This document shows positions 1 to 9,995 of a stretch of 64,000 bases of DNA, one piece after another. The DNA is taken from assembly GCA_963708605.1 (NCBI GenBank), contig CAVPTG010000015.1:51218-115217 (forward strand). The letters run 5' to 3'. How positions within the stretch are numbered: position 1 is the first letter of the stretch; each line of letters starts with the position of its first letter. Below the pieces are notes generated by a model. The model saw only the letters and a program-made list of their open reading frames with translations, did no database searches and was not told where the DNA came from. Origin of the DNA: Candidatus Dormiibacterota bacterium. GTDB lineage: Bacteria > Chloroflexota > Dormibacteria > Aeolococcales > Aeolococcaceae. Both the position numbers and the translations under genes were made by a program.

Positions 1-506
1 CCCTCGCTGGTCGGAGATCCGTCAGGGCCGTCGAGTGTGAGGACCCCGCGAGCGCCGCCTGGGTTCAGGCGGATGACTCCGGCATCGGCACTTCTGACGG
101 CAGGCAGTACGGTCAGATGCCGGAGGGCTCGAAGCGGCGGCCGCCACGCAAGCTCCCCGCGTATGTGGGTTACCTGCATCGCATCTCCAGACGAACGGAC
201 TCGTGCCCGCCGTCCCTCACCCTCGAGGACGGCGGTGGGGAGAACGCGATTGGCCAGTCGATAGAGACACCAGGTGCCAATCCAGATGCCGTCCCGCATC
301 GGCGCGGCCAGCGTGAAGCCGAGCATCATCACCGCGACTGCGAGGCCGATCCGTGACCCAACGGATAAGCCGCCCCAGCTGAGGCACACCAGCGCGATCG
401 GTGCGGATGCGGTGAGCAGCGCCAAGGCGCGCAGCGGCACGAGCACCGGACCGAAGGGAACGCGCACCTGGGCGTCCACAGCGAGAGGGACGCGGATGCT
501 ACTCAT
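1..506 (-). CDS. Partial CDS running off the left edge: small membrane protein, PrgI/VirB3-like component of a Gram-positive-type conjugative T4SS
   Basis: Absent from the ORF track because it has no stop in the window. My translation from the ATG at 506..504 reads MSSIRVPLAVDAQVRVPFGPVLVPLRALALLTASAPIALVCLSWGG... with two hydrophobic segments. The ATG lies 5 nt after the upstream stop (512) and is preceded by GGAGTG. Its position after a VirB6-like gene fits the actinobacterial T4SS gene order. Confidence 0.45.
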   Translation of the reverse strand, partial: MSSIRVPLAVDAQVRVPFGPVLVPLRALALLTASAPIALVCLSWGGLSVGSRIGLAVAVMMLGFTLAAPMRDGIWIGTWCLYRLANRVLPTAVLEGEGRRARVRSSGDAMQVTHIRGELAWRPPLRALRHLTVLPAVRSADAGVIRLNPGGARGVLTLDGPDGSPTSE

Positions 507-511
507 CCGAT

Positions 512-2050
512 TCACTCCTCGAGGGCCGGAAGGCCGACACGTTGGCCGGACTCGCGCTTGGTGGCGGGACCGGCGCCGAGCCACTCCGACAGGAAATCGT
601 TTGTGAACGCCGCCTGTTGACGTGGCGACGTCCGGGCCCACGCGAGCTTTGCGCGATCGCCCGCGGAAATCGAGCCATAGGGTTGATCACGAGTTGATGC
701 ACCGATCAACTTCGCGTGTCCGGCACCGAATGCATTGAATGCCTGCTGCGAGAAGACCTCTTCGGCACCGGCGACAGCCGCCCTTCCATCGCCGCCGAGT
801 GCGCCGGCCATGTTCGGCGGTCCACTCGATGCGACGAGATCAGCGCCGCGACTGGTCGCGGCGATGACTCCCCTGGCGAGCGCGCCGGTGGCCGTCGTCG
901 GCGGCGGCGTCATACCTTGAGCGGCGAGTCCAAGGCGTTTCATGAAGTTGACGGCGGAGTTCCCGCCGTCCCGGTTGGCGCCCAGTGCCTCGGCCATGAA
1001 TCCAGCGGATGACAACCGGTGGACCGGCGCTGCCATTGTGGCCATGCCAGCCGCAAATCCGGCGAGTGCGCTGCCATGGCTGAAGCCGCGCCAGGTGAGG
1101 TGATGGATCATCTTTCCTGCAAACCAGAGCCCTCCGGCCATGATCACCACCGCCAGCAGGGGCCCCACCGCGAACGCGCTCACGACGTGAGACGCAAGAG
1201 TCAGGCTCAGCGCGATTGCGATCCCGAGCACCAGTGGGGTCAACAGCACGCTGCCAAACAGGTCGAGCCACCAGTGGAAGAAGCGGTTGTTGGAGTCGAA
1301 AACCGCCGTGGCGAAACACAGCGGCGCGGTCACCACGCAGAAGCCCAGCATCACGGTTCGAACAATCATCAGGAAGGCTGCGTAGAGCACCAGGATCAGG
1401 AGAGGGATCCCGCCCACGACAACCGCCACCATGTCGTGACTGGCGGCCGTGAGCACGCCATAGATGTGGGTGAACCACCCCTGGCCTGCCTGGAAGCCGC
1501 TCAGCAGCGAGGCGTGCAGGATAAGACCGACGATCGCTCCCGCCACGGCGATTGATGCATCGACTCCCCAGACCATGACGGTGTAGCCGACGCTGACGGC
1601 GGTCCCGGGTATGCCGATCACCGCGACCGCGAGAAGAAACCGCGGCAAAACCGACAGAATGGTGTCCATCGAGCCTGTCCGATGGTCGGCGAGCGCCCGG
1701 ATGATGCGCCCGGCTGCGGCCACGGCGGCGATCATCAACGCGGCCGGCATCATGTCGCGATACAACGACTCGTAAATCTGCGTGGAGTTCCACTGCTGTC
1801 CCGGCTGACCGATGGTCCCAAGAAACCATGTCTGCAATTCAGGTGGAAACAGGGTCTGCGTAACCCAGTTGACCGCGTCGGCGATGAACGGACCGGTGTC
1901 AAGAAAGAACCGAAAGAATTGCGTTAGGATCGTCAGCGCACCGCCGAGCACGTTGAGTACGGCGCCCCCGGCGTCGTATGCGCCATGAAAGAAGCCACCG
2001 ACGCTCTTCAGCCAGGTGACCGGATCCCACCAATCGCCAGCGATGACCAT
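512..2050 (-). CDS. TrbL/VirB6-like polytopic membrane protein of a conjugative type IV secretion system
   Basis: 512-aa ORF. The N-terminal two-thirds is multi-pass membrane (e.g. AALMIAAVAAAGRII, LLAVAVIGIPGTAV, IPLLILVLYAAFLMIV, LLTPLVLGIAIALSL) and the C-terminus is a Gly/Ala-rich soluble tail. It is tightly coupled to small membrane ORFs on both sides. The family call is by architectural resemblance only. Confidence 0.55.
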   Translation of the reverse strand: MVIAGDWWDPVTWLKSVGGFFHGAYDAGGAVLNVLGGALTILTQFFRFFLDTGPFIADAVNWVTQTLFPPELQTWFLGTIGQPGQQWNSTQIYESLYRDMMPAALMIAAVAAAGRIIRALADHRTGSMDTILSVLPRFLLAVAVIGIPGTAVSVGYTVMVWGVDASIAVAGAIVGLILHASLLSGFQAGQGWFTHIYGVLTAASHDMVAVVVGGIPLLILVLYAAFLMIVRTVMLGFCVVTAPLCFATAVFDSNNRFFHWWLDLFGSVLLTPLVLGIAIALSLTLASHVVSAFAVGPLLAVVIMAGGLWFAGKMIHHLTWRGFSHGSALAGFAAGMATMAAPVHRLSSAGFMAEALGANRDGGNSAVNFMKRLGLAAQGMTPPPTTATGALARGVIAATSRGADLVASSGPPNMAGALGGDGRAAVAGAEEVFSQQAFNAFGAGHAKLIGASTRDQPYGSISAGDRAKLAWARTSPRQQAAFTNDFLSEWLGAGPATKRESGQRVGLPALEE

Positions 2051-2071
2051 TACTTGGTGTGACCGTAGGGA

Positions 2072-2266
2072 TCAGTCGCGGTCGAGACGTTGCTGCGCAC
2101 TTGGCGCGCTTGAAGGCTCAACCATGCTGCCGGTCACCACGCGGGTGCGGTGCTCGGGTGTATGCATCGCAGGATCCTCCACGAAGATGCGAGTGCCACG
2201 ACGGCTGGGGACGATGGTCCGGTGCCGCGCCAGTGGTATCGACAGCAGATACACCTCGCGGCTCAT
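2072..2266 (-). CDS. Small hypothetical protein (64 aa), possibly translationally coupled to the upstream pilin-like ORF
   Basis: Internal ATG of track ORF 2072..2560(-). The ATG at 2266 overlaps the TGA of ORF 2266..2544 by 1 nt (TGATG). Sequence MSREVYLLSIPLARHRTIVPSRRG... has no recognisable family. Confidence 0.3.
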   Translation of the reverse strand: MSREVYLLSIPLARHRTIVPSRRGTRIFVEDPAMHTPEHRTRVVTGSMVEPSSAPSAQQRLDRD

Positions 2267-2544
2267 CAGCCCACACCCGATATGGATTTGACGAGCTGCA
2301 ATACAAGGATGGCCCCGCCTCCCTTGGTGACCATGTCCACCATGAATGAACCACCGCTTTCCCGGTGCTCCATCATCTTGTGGATACCCGAGATAGCCAC
2401 GGCCGCAGGGATGAGAAATTGCGCCGATGTGAGCAGCGGATTGGCCACTCGTGCAAGCACCTGCTGCGATAGCGGATCGACCGTCGCAACTTGACTGAGT
2501 GCGCTGAGCCAATGAATCGCTGCGGTGGCGGCCAGTATCAGCAT
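2266..2544 (-). CDS. Small two-TM membrane protein, VirB2/TrbC pilin-like
   Basis: 92 aa. It has an N-terminal hydrophobic signal-like segment (MLILAATAAIHWLSAL) and two further hydrophobic stretches (LLTSAQFLIPAAVAISGI; GGGAILVLQLV). It sits immediately upstream of the TrbL-like gene, as T4SS pilin genes do. Confidence 0.45.
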   Translation of the reverse strand: MLILAATAAIHWLSALSQVATVDPLSQQVLARVANPLLTSAQFLIPAAVAISGIHKMMEHRESGGSFMVDMVTKGGGAILVLQLVKSISGVG

Positions 2545-2768
2545 GGCGAATGCTCCTCAACCCTCGAGTTCTCGACTAGCCCGCTTCTGGGCTGGAACCC
2601 GAACTCTGGTATCGCCGCGCGGACCAGCACGGGACAGTTGCGGCTGGGCGGGCGAGCGGAGTCCGTGGCTACAACCGGCGCATGCCCAGACGGAAGGCTG
2701 CTACCGATGCGGCATGGGCCACAATCGGGAGATCCTCGCGCTCGCATTGGAAACTCAGGAGATAGGCC

Positions 2769-3230
2769 GTGTTCACGAAGATCCTCGTCGGCGTTGACCG
2801 TTCAGAGCACGCGCGGGTGGCACTCAGCCAGGCGATCGACATCGCGCGCACGCAGAGGGCGTCGCTGACCGTTCTCGTCGCGTACAGCACGATCATGCCC
2901 TGGGGGCCGGTCGCCCCACTGCCCCAGACTGCCGTGGATGAATTTATCGAAGGTGTTCGGAATGACGCTCAGGCGATCGCCGACGAAGCGAAGCAAGGTA
3001 TCCCGGCCGAGGTGAGGTCCGAGGTCCTCGTCGTCGACGCCTCCCCCGCGGATGCGATTCTGGATCAAGCGACGCGCGGCGGCCACGATCTCATCGTCGT
3101 CGGCTCGCGCGGCCGGGGAGATGCCGGCTCCATCCTTCTCGGCAGCGTCAGCCACGCGGTCCTGCAGCACAGCCGGGTTCCGGTGCTCATCGTGCATGTG
3201 CCGTCCGCGGAGGCTGCCAGCTCGACGTAG
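2769..3230 (+). CDS. Universal stress protein (UspA family)
   Basis: 153 aa. The N-terminus is ILVGVDRSEHARVAL and the C-terminus carries the ATP-binding motif VVGSRGRGDAGSILLGSVSHAVLQHSRVPVLIV. Confidence 0.9.
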   Translation: MFTKILVGVDRSEHARVALSQAIDIARTQRASLTVLVAYSTIMPWGPVAPLPQTAVDEFIEGVRNDAQAIADEAKQGIPAEVRSEVLVVDASPADAILDQATRGGHDLIVVGSRGRGDAGSILLGSVSHAVLQHSRVPVLIVHVPSAEAASST

Positions 3231-3355
3231 CGAACGCGACCGCCCTGGCAACCCATGTCGCGCCTCGAAACATCACCGAAATGTTCGTGTCCAACCCTGG
3301 TGCCCGGTGTCCACTCATGGCTCTCCCTGAGCCAGGCACTAGGAGGCGCGGAGCA

Positions 3356-4501
3356 ATGGCAGACCTTTCCATCAAGAATCTCAGCATCGGGCTGGCCGGC
3401 TCGTTGCTGGCAGGGGCTGTAGCGGTGACGTCCGCGACCGGGGTGGGGGCGAGCGCTGCGCGCTCAGGCGCCTCGGCAGGCTGGTACGTCTACACCGAGA
3501 GCAATCAGACGTCGGCGGGTGGCGGCAACGCCGTCCTCGCGTATTGGGTCGCAAGTGGCGGCAGCCTCACATCAGTTGGCAGCTTTGCCACGGGGGGCGA
3601 CGGTGCTGGAGCGGGTCTCGGGTCGCAGGGCGCGATCACCATCGCCGACGGCGGGCGAGCGCTCCTCGCGGTGAACGCGGCCTCGAACACGGTCTCGTAC
3701 TTCCGGATCCTCGACGGCGGACAGCTTCGGCTCGTCGACGCCGCGCCCTCTGGCGGGACTGGCCCGGTGAGCGTCACCGCGCATGGCGGCTGGGTCGAGG
3801 TCCTCAACCAGGGCAACGACACTGTCGGCTCGCTGGTGCTGACGGATCACGCGCTCGTCCCCTCGTCGCACCCCGCGGTGTCGCTCTCGACGCTTGCGGC
3901 ATCGCCCGAGCAGATCGGCTTTACGCCGTCGGGAACGCACGTCATCGTCACTGAGAAGGTCAGCAGCAGCATCGACACGTTCAACGTGACCGCCGGCGGC
4001 GGGCTCACCGGGCTGCGGCACACCGTCTCGACCGGAACCGCGCCGTACGGCTTCGGGTTCAGCGCCGGCGGCGAGGCCATCATCTCTGACGCGGGCGGCG
4101 GTGCCGGCGGTGTCAGCGCCACAACCTCTTATCGCGTCGGTGCGGCAGGTGCGCTGCATCCCGTCAGCGAGGTCGGTGAATCCCAGGCGGCAGCGTGCTG
4201 GCTCACCGTCAACGCGATCGGGACTCGCGCTTACGTGGCCAACGCGGGCTCAGGGACGATTTCCACGTACAACATCGGCCCTGGCGGCCGGCTCCACCTT
4301 CGGTCGGACATCGCGGCGACGGTCGGTGGCCACCCGATCGATGAGGTCCTCGGGGGCGGCTGGTTCTTCGTCCTCACCGGCACCGACATCGCGTCGGCAC
4401 CGGTCACGTCGTCGGGAGATCTCGGCACCGTCAACGCGGCGGCGGCCGGCGGGCTCCCCGCAGCGGTGAGCGGCCTCGCCATCGTCTCGGTCCCCGCATA
4501 G
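3356..4501 (+). CDS. Secreted beta-propeller protein, lactonase-like (7-bladed propeller family)
   Basis: Track ORF 3281..4501. I prefer the ATG at 3356 (MADLSIKNLSIGLAGSLLAGAVAV... signal peptide), which is preceded by AGGAGG. Blade-like segments repeat (AVNAASNTVSYF, VLNQGNDTVGSLVL, TEKVSSSIDTFNV, ANAGSGTISTYNI). Confidence 0.6.
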   Translation: MADLSIKNLSIGLAGSLLAGAVAVTSATGVGASAARSGASAGWYVYTESNQTSAGGGNAVLAYWVASGGSLTSVGSFATGGDGAGAGLGSQGAITIADGGRALLAVNAASNTVSYFRILDGGQLRLVDAAPSGGTGPVSVTAHGGWVEVLNQGNDTVGSLVLTDHALVPSSHPAVSLSTLAASPEQIGFTPSGTHVIVTEKVSSSIDTFNVTAGGGLTGLRHTVSTGTAPYGFGFSAGGEAIISDAGGGAGGVSATTSYRVGAAGALHPVSEVGESQAAACWLTVNAIGTRAYVANAGSGTISTYNIGPGGRLHLRSDIAATVGGHPIDEVLGGGWFFVLTGTDIASAPVTSSGDLGTVNAAAAGGLPAAVSGLAIVSVPA

Positions 4502-4513
4502 GGAAGACCAGCA

Positions 4514-4544
4514 GGAGCCGGACGGCAGCGCGCCGTCCGGCTCC
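4514..4544 (+). terminator. Intrinsic-terminator-like hairpin after the propeller gene
   Basis: Perfect 12-bp stem GGAGCCGGACGG / CCGTCCGGCTCC with a 7-nt loop, 13 nt after the stop. There is no strong U-tract, which is common in high-GC genomes. Confidence 0.5.
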
Positions 4545-4561
4545 TCGCCGACTTTCGCAGA

Positions 4562-5341
4562 ATGGGAGTTGTGACCACCGATAGGCAGAGCTCGAATGGC
4601 AATCCGGTCCAGTCGGATCCGGTCTCGACCGCATCCGCCCCGGCGTCGTTCGGCCCACCGATCCTCGTGGTCGAAGATGACCAGACCACCTGCGATGTCG
4701 TGCGCGCGTACCTGGAAAGCGCGGGACATCGCGTGGTCATCTGCCGCACCGGCAGTGAGGCGCTGAGCGTCGTACGTCAGACTCAACCGCGCTGCCTGAT
4801 CCTCGACGTCATGCTGCCCGGCAAGGACGGGTTCGAGATCTGTGCTGAGATCCGGCGCGCGGGGTCGATCGTGCCGATCCTCTTCCTGAGCGCGCGGGCC
4901 GACGAGGCCGATCGTGTCGGGGGGCTACGCGTCGGAGCCGACGACTACCTGGTGAAACCGTTCAGCCCGCGCGAGCTGCTCGCACGCGTGGATGCCCTGC
5001 TTCGACGCGCCGAGATCGGCCCCCAGCCGGCGATGGTCCTGCGGCTCGGCAACGTGGAACTGTCGCCGACTCGACACGACGTCGCCGTCGACGGTCGACA
5101 CATCGGGCTCACCCACGTCGAGTTCGGGTTGCTCGCCCTGATGTTGGAACGACCCGGCTGGGTGCTGACTCGCGGTCAGTTGATCGACCGTCTCTACACC
5201 GACGACCGCCTTCCCGCACTGGAGCGGACGGTCGACGTCCACGTCTTCCGGCTGCGCGAGAAGCTGCGCGACGCGCACGCGACCGCAGCCATCGTGACCA
5301 CTCGCGGCGTGGGCTACAAGATCATCGCCGAGGGCGCGTAA
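4562..5341 (+). CDS. OmpR/PhoB-family response regulator
   Basis: Receiver motifs ILVVEDDQ, LILDVMLPGKDG and VKPF, plus a winged-helix output domain (LTHVEFGLLALM, TRGVGYKI). Confidence 0.92.
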   Translation: MGVVTTDRQSSNGNPVQSDPVSTASAPASFGPPILVVEDDQTTCDVVRAYLESAGHRVVICRTGSEALSVVRQTQPRCLILDVMLPGKDGFEICAEIRRAGSIVPILFLSARADEADRVGGLRVGADDYLVKPFSPRELLARVDALLRRAEIGPQPAMVLRLGNVELSPTRHDVAVDGRHIGLTHVEFGLLALMLERPGWVLTRGQLIDRLYTDDRLPALERTVDVHVFRLREKLRDAHATAAIVTTRGVGYKIIAEGA

Positions 5342-5343
5342 CA

Positions 5344-6522
5344 GTGGGTGCCGCCCTCCTGCGCCGCTGGCGTGCGCTCGGCCTTCGCTGGCAGCTCGTG
5401 GTGCTCAACGTCGTCGTCATCGCGGTGACCGTCGTGCTGATCATCGTGCTGATGCACAACATCGCTCAGCAGCAATTCATGGTCATCATGCACGCGGCAG
5501 GACAGCCCGTGGATCCCGCCGCGGGCCAGCGCGCCTATGACGCCGCGGTGGAGTCGCAGATCTATCCCACCCTCGCTGTCGCCGCCCTTGTCGCCGTCGG
5601 GCTGAGCTTCGCGGCGGTGACTCTCGCGCTTCGGCCCCTGACGGCGGTGCGCGAGGCCACCCGGCAGATGGCGCAGGGCAATGCACCAGCTCCGATCGCG
5701 ACCAGCCGTCGCGACGAGATCGGCGGTGTCGCTGATTCCGTCAACGAGCTGGCCCAGTCACTGCAGCGCCTCGAGGAACTGCGCCGCCAGGTGACCAACG
5801 ATGTCGCTCATGAGCTGCGCACCCCGCTCCACAATCTCCTCGGGCTGATCGAGGGTATGCGCGACGGGGTGATCCCGGCGTCGCCGGCGCGACTCCAGCA
5901 GGCGCACATGGAGCTCGACCGACTGATCGCGCTGGTCGAGGATCTGCGTGGACTCGCGGACGCGCAGCTGGCTTCCGACCGGATGTCGCGCGAGCCATTG
6001 AATCTCGAAGCCCTGGTGCGGAACGTGATCCTCGGGTTCGATGCCGCCCTGCGGCAGCGCGATTTGTCCTGGCGGATCGAGGCCGATGACGACAGTCTGG
6101 TGGTTGTCGGCGACGCTGGCAGGCTGGGTCAGGTCATTGGCAACATCGTCGACAATGCCATTCGCTATGCGCAAGCCGGCAGTGCGATCAGCCTGACGCT
6201 CGCCCGCAGCGGCGCCACGGCGCGCCTGGCTGTGCACAACGTCGGCGAGAGCATTGACGATGTCTCACTCCCGCATATCTTCGAGCGCTTCTACCGGGCT
6301 GATCCCAGTCGCGCGCGCGGAAGTGGGGGCGCCGGGATCGGCCTGGCGATCGTCAAGGAGTTGGTCGGGGCTCATGGCGGCAGCGTCGGCGCCGAAAGCG
6401 AGGCCGATGGCGCGACCATCTGGTTCGAGCTACCGCTTCACACAGCCGACCCGCACACGGCCGCGCATACAGTGCCGAGGCGATCCATCGGGACGTTCGA
6501 CGACGCCGCCACCCAGGTATAG
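5344..6522 (+). CDS. Sensor histidine kinase (TM-HAMP-HisKA-HATPase_c)
   Basis: GTG start 3 nt after the RR stop. It has two TM helices, an H-box VAHELRTPLHNL, an N-box DNAIRYA and a G-box GSGGAGIGLAIVKELV. Confidence 0.92.
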   Translation: MGAALLRRWRALGLRWQLVVLNVVVIAVTVVLIIVLMHNIAQQQFMVIMHAAGQPVDPAAGQRAYDAAVESQIYPTLAVAALVAVGLSFAAVTLALRPLTAVREATRQMAQGNAPAPIATSRRDEIGGVADSVNELAQSLQRLEELRRQVTNDVAHELRTPLHNLLGLIEGMRDGVIPASPARLQQAHMELDRLIALVEDLRGLADAQLASDRMSREPLNLEALVRNVILGFDAALRQRDLSWRIEADDDSLVVVGDAGRLGQVIGNIVDNAIRYAQAGSAISLTLARSGATARLAVHNVGESIDDVSLPHIFERFYRADPSRARGSGGAGIGLAIVKELVGAHGGSVGAESEADGATIWFELPLHTADPHTAAHTVPRRSIGTFDDAATQV

Positions 6523-6787
6523 GGGCAGGGGAAGCGGGAGCGTCTGGGCCGACCGGCCGATGCGAGCCTGCAGTCGATCGCCAAGCGCCGCGGTGCGATC
6601 GCCGGACAGATGCTCGATGCGCTTGATGCGACAGCATTCTCCGGGAATCGACTGAGCGACGCGACGAGCAATCACCTCTCGGCGTCCGCTCGGCGCCTGC
6701 TGAGCTGCCTCGCAGCAGAGGCGCCGAATCCCTCGCACGTGTGCTAGAAATTCCGGAATCGCGTTGAGAACGAAGGAGGTGTGCGCT

Positions 6788-7537
6788 ATGCCTGAGGTGA
6801 CCAGTCACGAAGTCGGTGTGCCGTCCTGGGTCGACATCGGGACCCAGGATCCGCAGGCCAGCCTCGCCTTCTACAGCGAGCTGTTCGGTTGGGAGGGCCA
6901 GGACATGGGCGAGGAGTCTGGCCATTACACGATCGTCTCCAAGGATGGCAAGCAGGTTGCCGCGATCAGCCCCGCCGAGGATCCGCCACCGCCACGCTGG
7001 ACCACCTACGTCAATGTCGACGATGTCGACGCGGTTGCGAAGAGGGCGGAGTCCGCAGGCGGAACCGTCGTCATGGGTCCCATGGACGTGATGGACGCCG
7101 GCCGCATGGCCATCTTCGCCGACACGACCGGAGCGGTGATCGCCGCATGGCAACCCGGCAGCCACATCGGCGCCCAGCTGGTCAACGAACCCGGGGCCTT
7201 CATCTGGAGCGAGCTGTCCACCAAGGACGTCGCCAAGTCGAAGGCGTTCTATTCGGTGGTCTTCGGCTGGGAGTGGGGCGGGAGCGACGACTACGCCGAG
7301 GCCACGGTGCAGGGACGCGTGATCGGCGGAGTGACGCCACGCCGTCCCGACATGCCTGCGGAGGCGCCGGACATGTGGCTCGTCTACTTCGGCTCGGCCG
7401 ACGTGGATGCGGACTTTGAGAAGGCAAAGCGTCTCGGAGCAACCAGCGTGGCCGAGCCCATGGATATTCCGGGGACCGGTCGGTTCGCCATGCTCCTCGA
7501 CCCGCAGGGCGCAGCGTTTGCTCTCTTCAAGGGATAG
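6788..7537 (+). CDS. VOC (glyoxalase/bleomycin-resistance/dioxygenase fold) family protein, two-domain
   Basis: Track ORF 6764..7537. The ATG at 6788 is preceded by GAAGGAGG. The VOC-type pattern is duplicated ([25 protein letters not shown]... and [26 protein letters not shown]...). Confidence 0.85.
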   Translation: MPEVTSHEVGVPSWVDIGTQDPQASLAFYSELFGWEGQDMGEESGHYTIVSKDGKQVAAISPAEDPPPPRWTTYVNVDDVDAVAKRAESAGGTVVMGPMDVMDAGRMAIFADTTGAVIAAWQPGSHIGAQLVNEPGAFIWSELSTKDVAKSKAFYSVVFGWEWGGSDDYAEATVQGRVIGGVTPRRPDMPAEAPDMWLVYFGSADVDADFEKAKRLGATSVAEPMDIPGTGRFAMLLDPQGAAFALFKG

Positions 7538-7558
7538 CGGCCGGCGGCGACCCGCGAA

Positions 7559-9305
7559 CTAAGCGGCCTCGATCTGCGTCGTCACGCGCGTCGTGGCCGC
7601 GGGCCGAGCCGGGCTCCCGCCCCGCAGCCACGACGCCGTCGCCCCGACCAGCATCATGACCACCGAGAACGCGAAGGTGATGTGCATCCCGACGATGAAC
7701 GGGTTGCTGATCAGGTTCGGGAAGAAGGTTTGGCCCGACAGGTAGGCGGCCTGCGGAGCCGAAAGGGTGTGCAGTGACGGACCGAGCAACGTGGTCATCG
7801 GGTTGTATCCGAGGAACGCCGCAAATAACGAGCCGACCGGCGGCAGGTTCGCCACCTGGTGCGCCACGGTGGTCGACACGCCGTGCGCGGTCAACCCAGC
7901 GAACATCGTCGACGGCAGCGTGGAGCTGAGCCCCGCAATCATCAACGAGAAGAAGATGCCGATCGACAAAGTCATGCCGCTGTTCTGGAACGTGGCCAGC
8001 ATGCCCGAGGCGACGCCGCGGCGATCCGCCGGCACCGCATTCATGACGCCCGCAGTATTCGGGGCGACGAACATGCCCATCGACAAACCCACGAGGAACA
8101 GGAGGGCCGCAAACGGTAGGTAGGCGAAGTTCGCGGGCAGCAGCATGAGCAGCCCGAAGCCGACGGCGGAGCAGATCATCCCCGCCGTCGCAAATCCGCG
8201 CGACCCGAGCCGGTCCGAGAGAAACCCTGAGGACGGACCGCCGATGAGGAACCCGGCGGTCAGCGGCAGCATGAAGATGGCCGCCCAGAACGGCGTCGAT
8301 TCGAAACTGTAGCCATGCAGTGGCAACCAGATCCCTTGCAGCCAGATGATCACCATGAACATCAGCCCGCCGCGCCCGATGGAACTGAGCAGCGCCGCGA
8401 CGGTGCCAAAGGTAAAGCCGCGGAGGCGGAACAGGCTCACCCGGAACATGGGCTCTGCGACCCGGATCTCGACGACCACGAAGACGATCAACAACGCGAT
8501 GCCGCCGATGATCGCCGTGAGCACGGACGGATTCGTCCAGCCCATCGACTGTCCACCGTAGGGCTGGATGCCGTACGTGATCCCGACGAGCAATGAGATC
8601 AACCCGACGGCGAACAGCACGTTGCCCCACCAGTCGAACTCGCGACCGCTTCACGATGCCGGTCTCACGCAACTTGAGATATGCCCACGCGGTGCCGAAC
8701 AACCCGACCGGTACCGACACAAGGAAAACGAGGTGCCAGTCCGTCGTGCTCAGCAGCCCACCGACGATGAGCCCGATGAACGAACCGGACACCGCTGCCA
8801 CGGCGTTGATGCCCAGCGCCATCCCGCGCTCGCGCTGCGGAAAGGCGTCGGTGAGGATGGCCGTCGAACACGCGAAGATCATTGCTCCCCCAACTCCCTG
8901 GATCAGGCGGAAGAGGATCAGCTCCAGCGCGGCGCTGGGACCGGTGGTGAACACCAGCGAGAGCAGGATCGAGCCCACGGTGAAGACGAGAAATCCCAGG
9001 TTGTACAAGCGGACCCGGCCGAACATGTCCCCGATACGTCCGAGGCTCACCACCAGGACGGCGGTGACGACCATGTAGCCCATGATCATCCAGAGCAGGT
9101 AGCTGACATTGCTCGGGACGAGCGGATTCAGCTTGATGCCGCGGAAGATCGCCGGCAGCGAGATGAGGACGATCGACGAGTTGACCGTCGCCATGAGCAT
9201 GCCGATGGTGGTGTTGGAGAGCGCGACCCATTTGTAATGGGGACCGACCTCGCCATGCTTGCGCGAGGTCTTGGGGGTGGGGGCGGTGACACCCGTCGTG
9301 GTCAC
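7559..9305 (-). pseudogene. MFS transporter, DHA2/EmrB-like (14-TMS type), interrupted by a 1-nt frameshift near 8639 as sequenced
   Basis: The N-terminal half is in the frame of ORF 7527..9434 ([22 protein letters not shown]...[11 protein letters not shown]). The C-terminal half is in ORF 7559..8620 and extends upstream to [17 protein letters not shown].... The join needs one base skipped at CGA-G-TTC-GAC. The GTG start at 9305 overlaps the TGA of the upstream DsbA-like gene (GTGA). Confidence 0.85.
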
Positions 9306-9976
9306 GCCGCCGACTGTGCCTGCTTTTCCCGTTCCTGCTGCTCGCGTTCGCGTCGCCAGACGCGGATGCTCTCCAGGTCGAGCGGCAGCCGCTCTCGCTT
9401 GAGCTCGGCGACGTTCGGGTTGCGTGCCATCCACGTGAAGTGCCGCCAGAGATCAACCGCGGCCTCGTCGCCCGGGATGTCGCTGATGATGGGGCCGAAC
9501 ATGTGCGGTCCTTCGCCGCCGTCAAGGATGATCGTCGGAACACCGAAGGCCTTGTGTGCCGACACGGCCTCGTCGTGCTCGCGCTGCACGTCATCCCACG
9601 TCGACGGGTCGGCAAGCGCCCGCTCGAGCAACTCGGGCTCCAGACTCGCCTCGCGGAGCGATGCCTCGATCACGGCATGGTCCTCGAGCGGGAGTCCACG
9701 CTGATGGCGGGCGTCGCTCAGCGCCTTGTAGAACGCGCCGACGGCAGTGTTGCCGTGCGCGTTGCGCACCGCGATGGCGGTGCGGAGCGACGGCGCGGAC
9801 CCGGTGTCCGCGGCCGCGCGCCCCTCATCGCCACTGTTGACGATGGCGAGCGAGAAGACGCGCCACTCCACGTCGACCACGCCGAGTTCATCGAGACGTC
9901 GCGCCCAGCGAGACGTCTGATAGCACCATGGGCACAGCGGGTCGAAATAGAAACGAATCTTCTCAGCCATCGTCAT
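9302..9976 (-). CDS. DsbA-family thioredoxin-fold oxidoreductase, Rv2466c-like (mycothiol-dependent reductase type)
   Basis: [14 protein letters not shown] active site (CPWC). The central helical insert and the C-terminal GVPTIILDG...FGPIISDIP resemble the mycobacterial Rv2466c family. Confidence 0.85.
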   Translation of the reverse strand: MTMAEKIRFYFDPLCPWCYQTSRWARRLDELGVVDVEWRVFSLAIVNSGDEGRAAADTGSAPSLRTAIAVRNAHGNTAVGAFYKALSDARHQRGLPLEDHAVIEASLREASLEPELLERALADPSTWDDVQREHDEAVSAHKAFGVPTIILDGGEGPHMFGPIISDIPGDEAAVDLWRHFTWMARNPNVAELKRERLPLDLESIRVWRREREQQEREKQAQSAA

Positions 9977-9995
9977 GCAACCTCTTGCTCAGATG

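Noticed and set aside
6430-6738. 102-aa minus-strand ORF in the HK-VOC spacer with CC...ECC motifs
   Set aside because: It overlaps the kinase 3' end by about 90 nt, has no RBS and matches no recognisable family. It is likely spurious, or at best an unsupported remnant.
7527-9434. A single 635-aa ORF as the MFS gene
   Set aside because: Only the first ~220 residues after the GTG at 9305 look like a transporter; the rest is Arg-rich nonsense. The true C-terminal half is in the +1 frame (7559..8638). The 5' extension to 9434 overlaps the DsbA-like gene.
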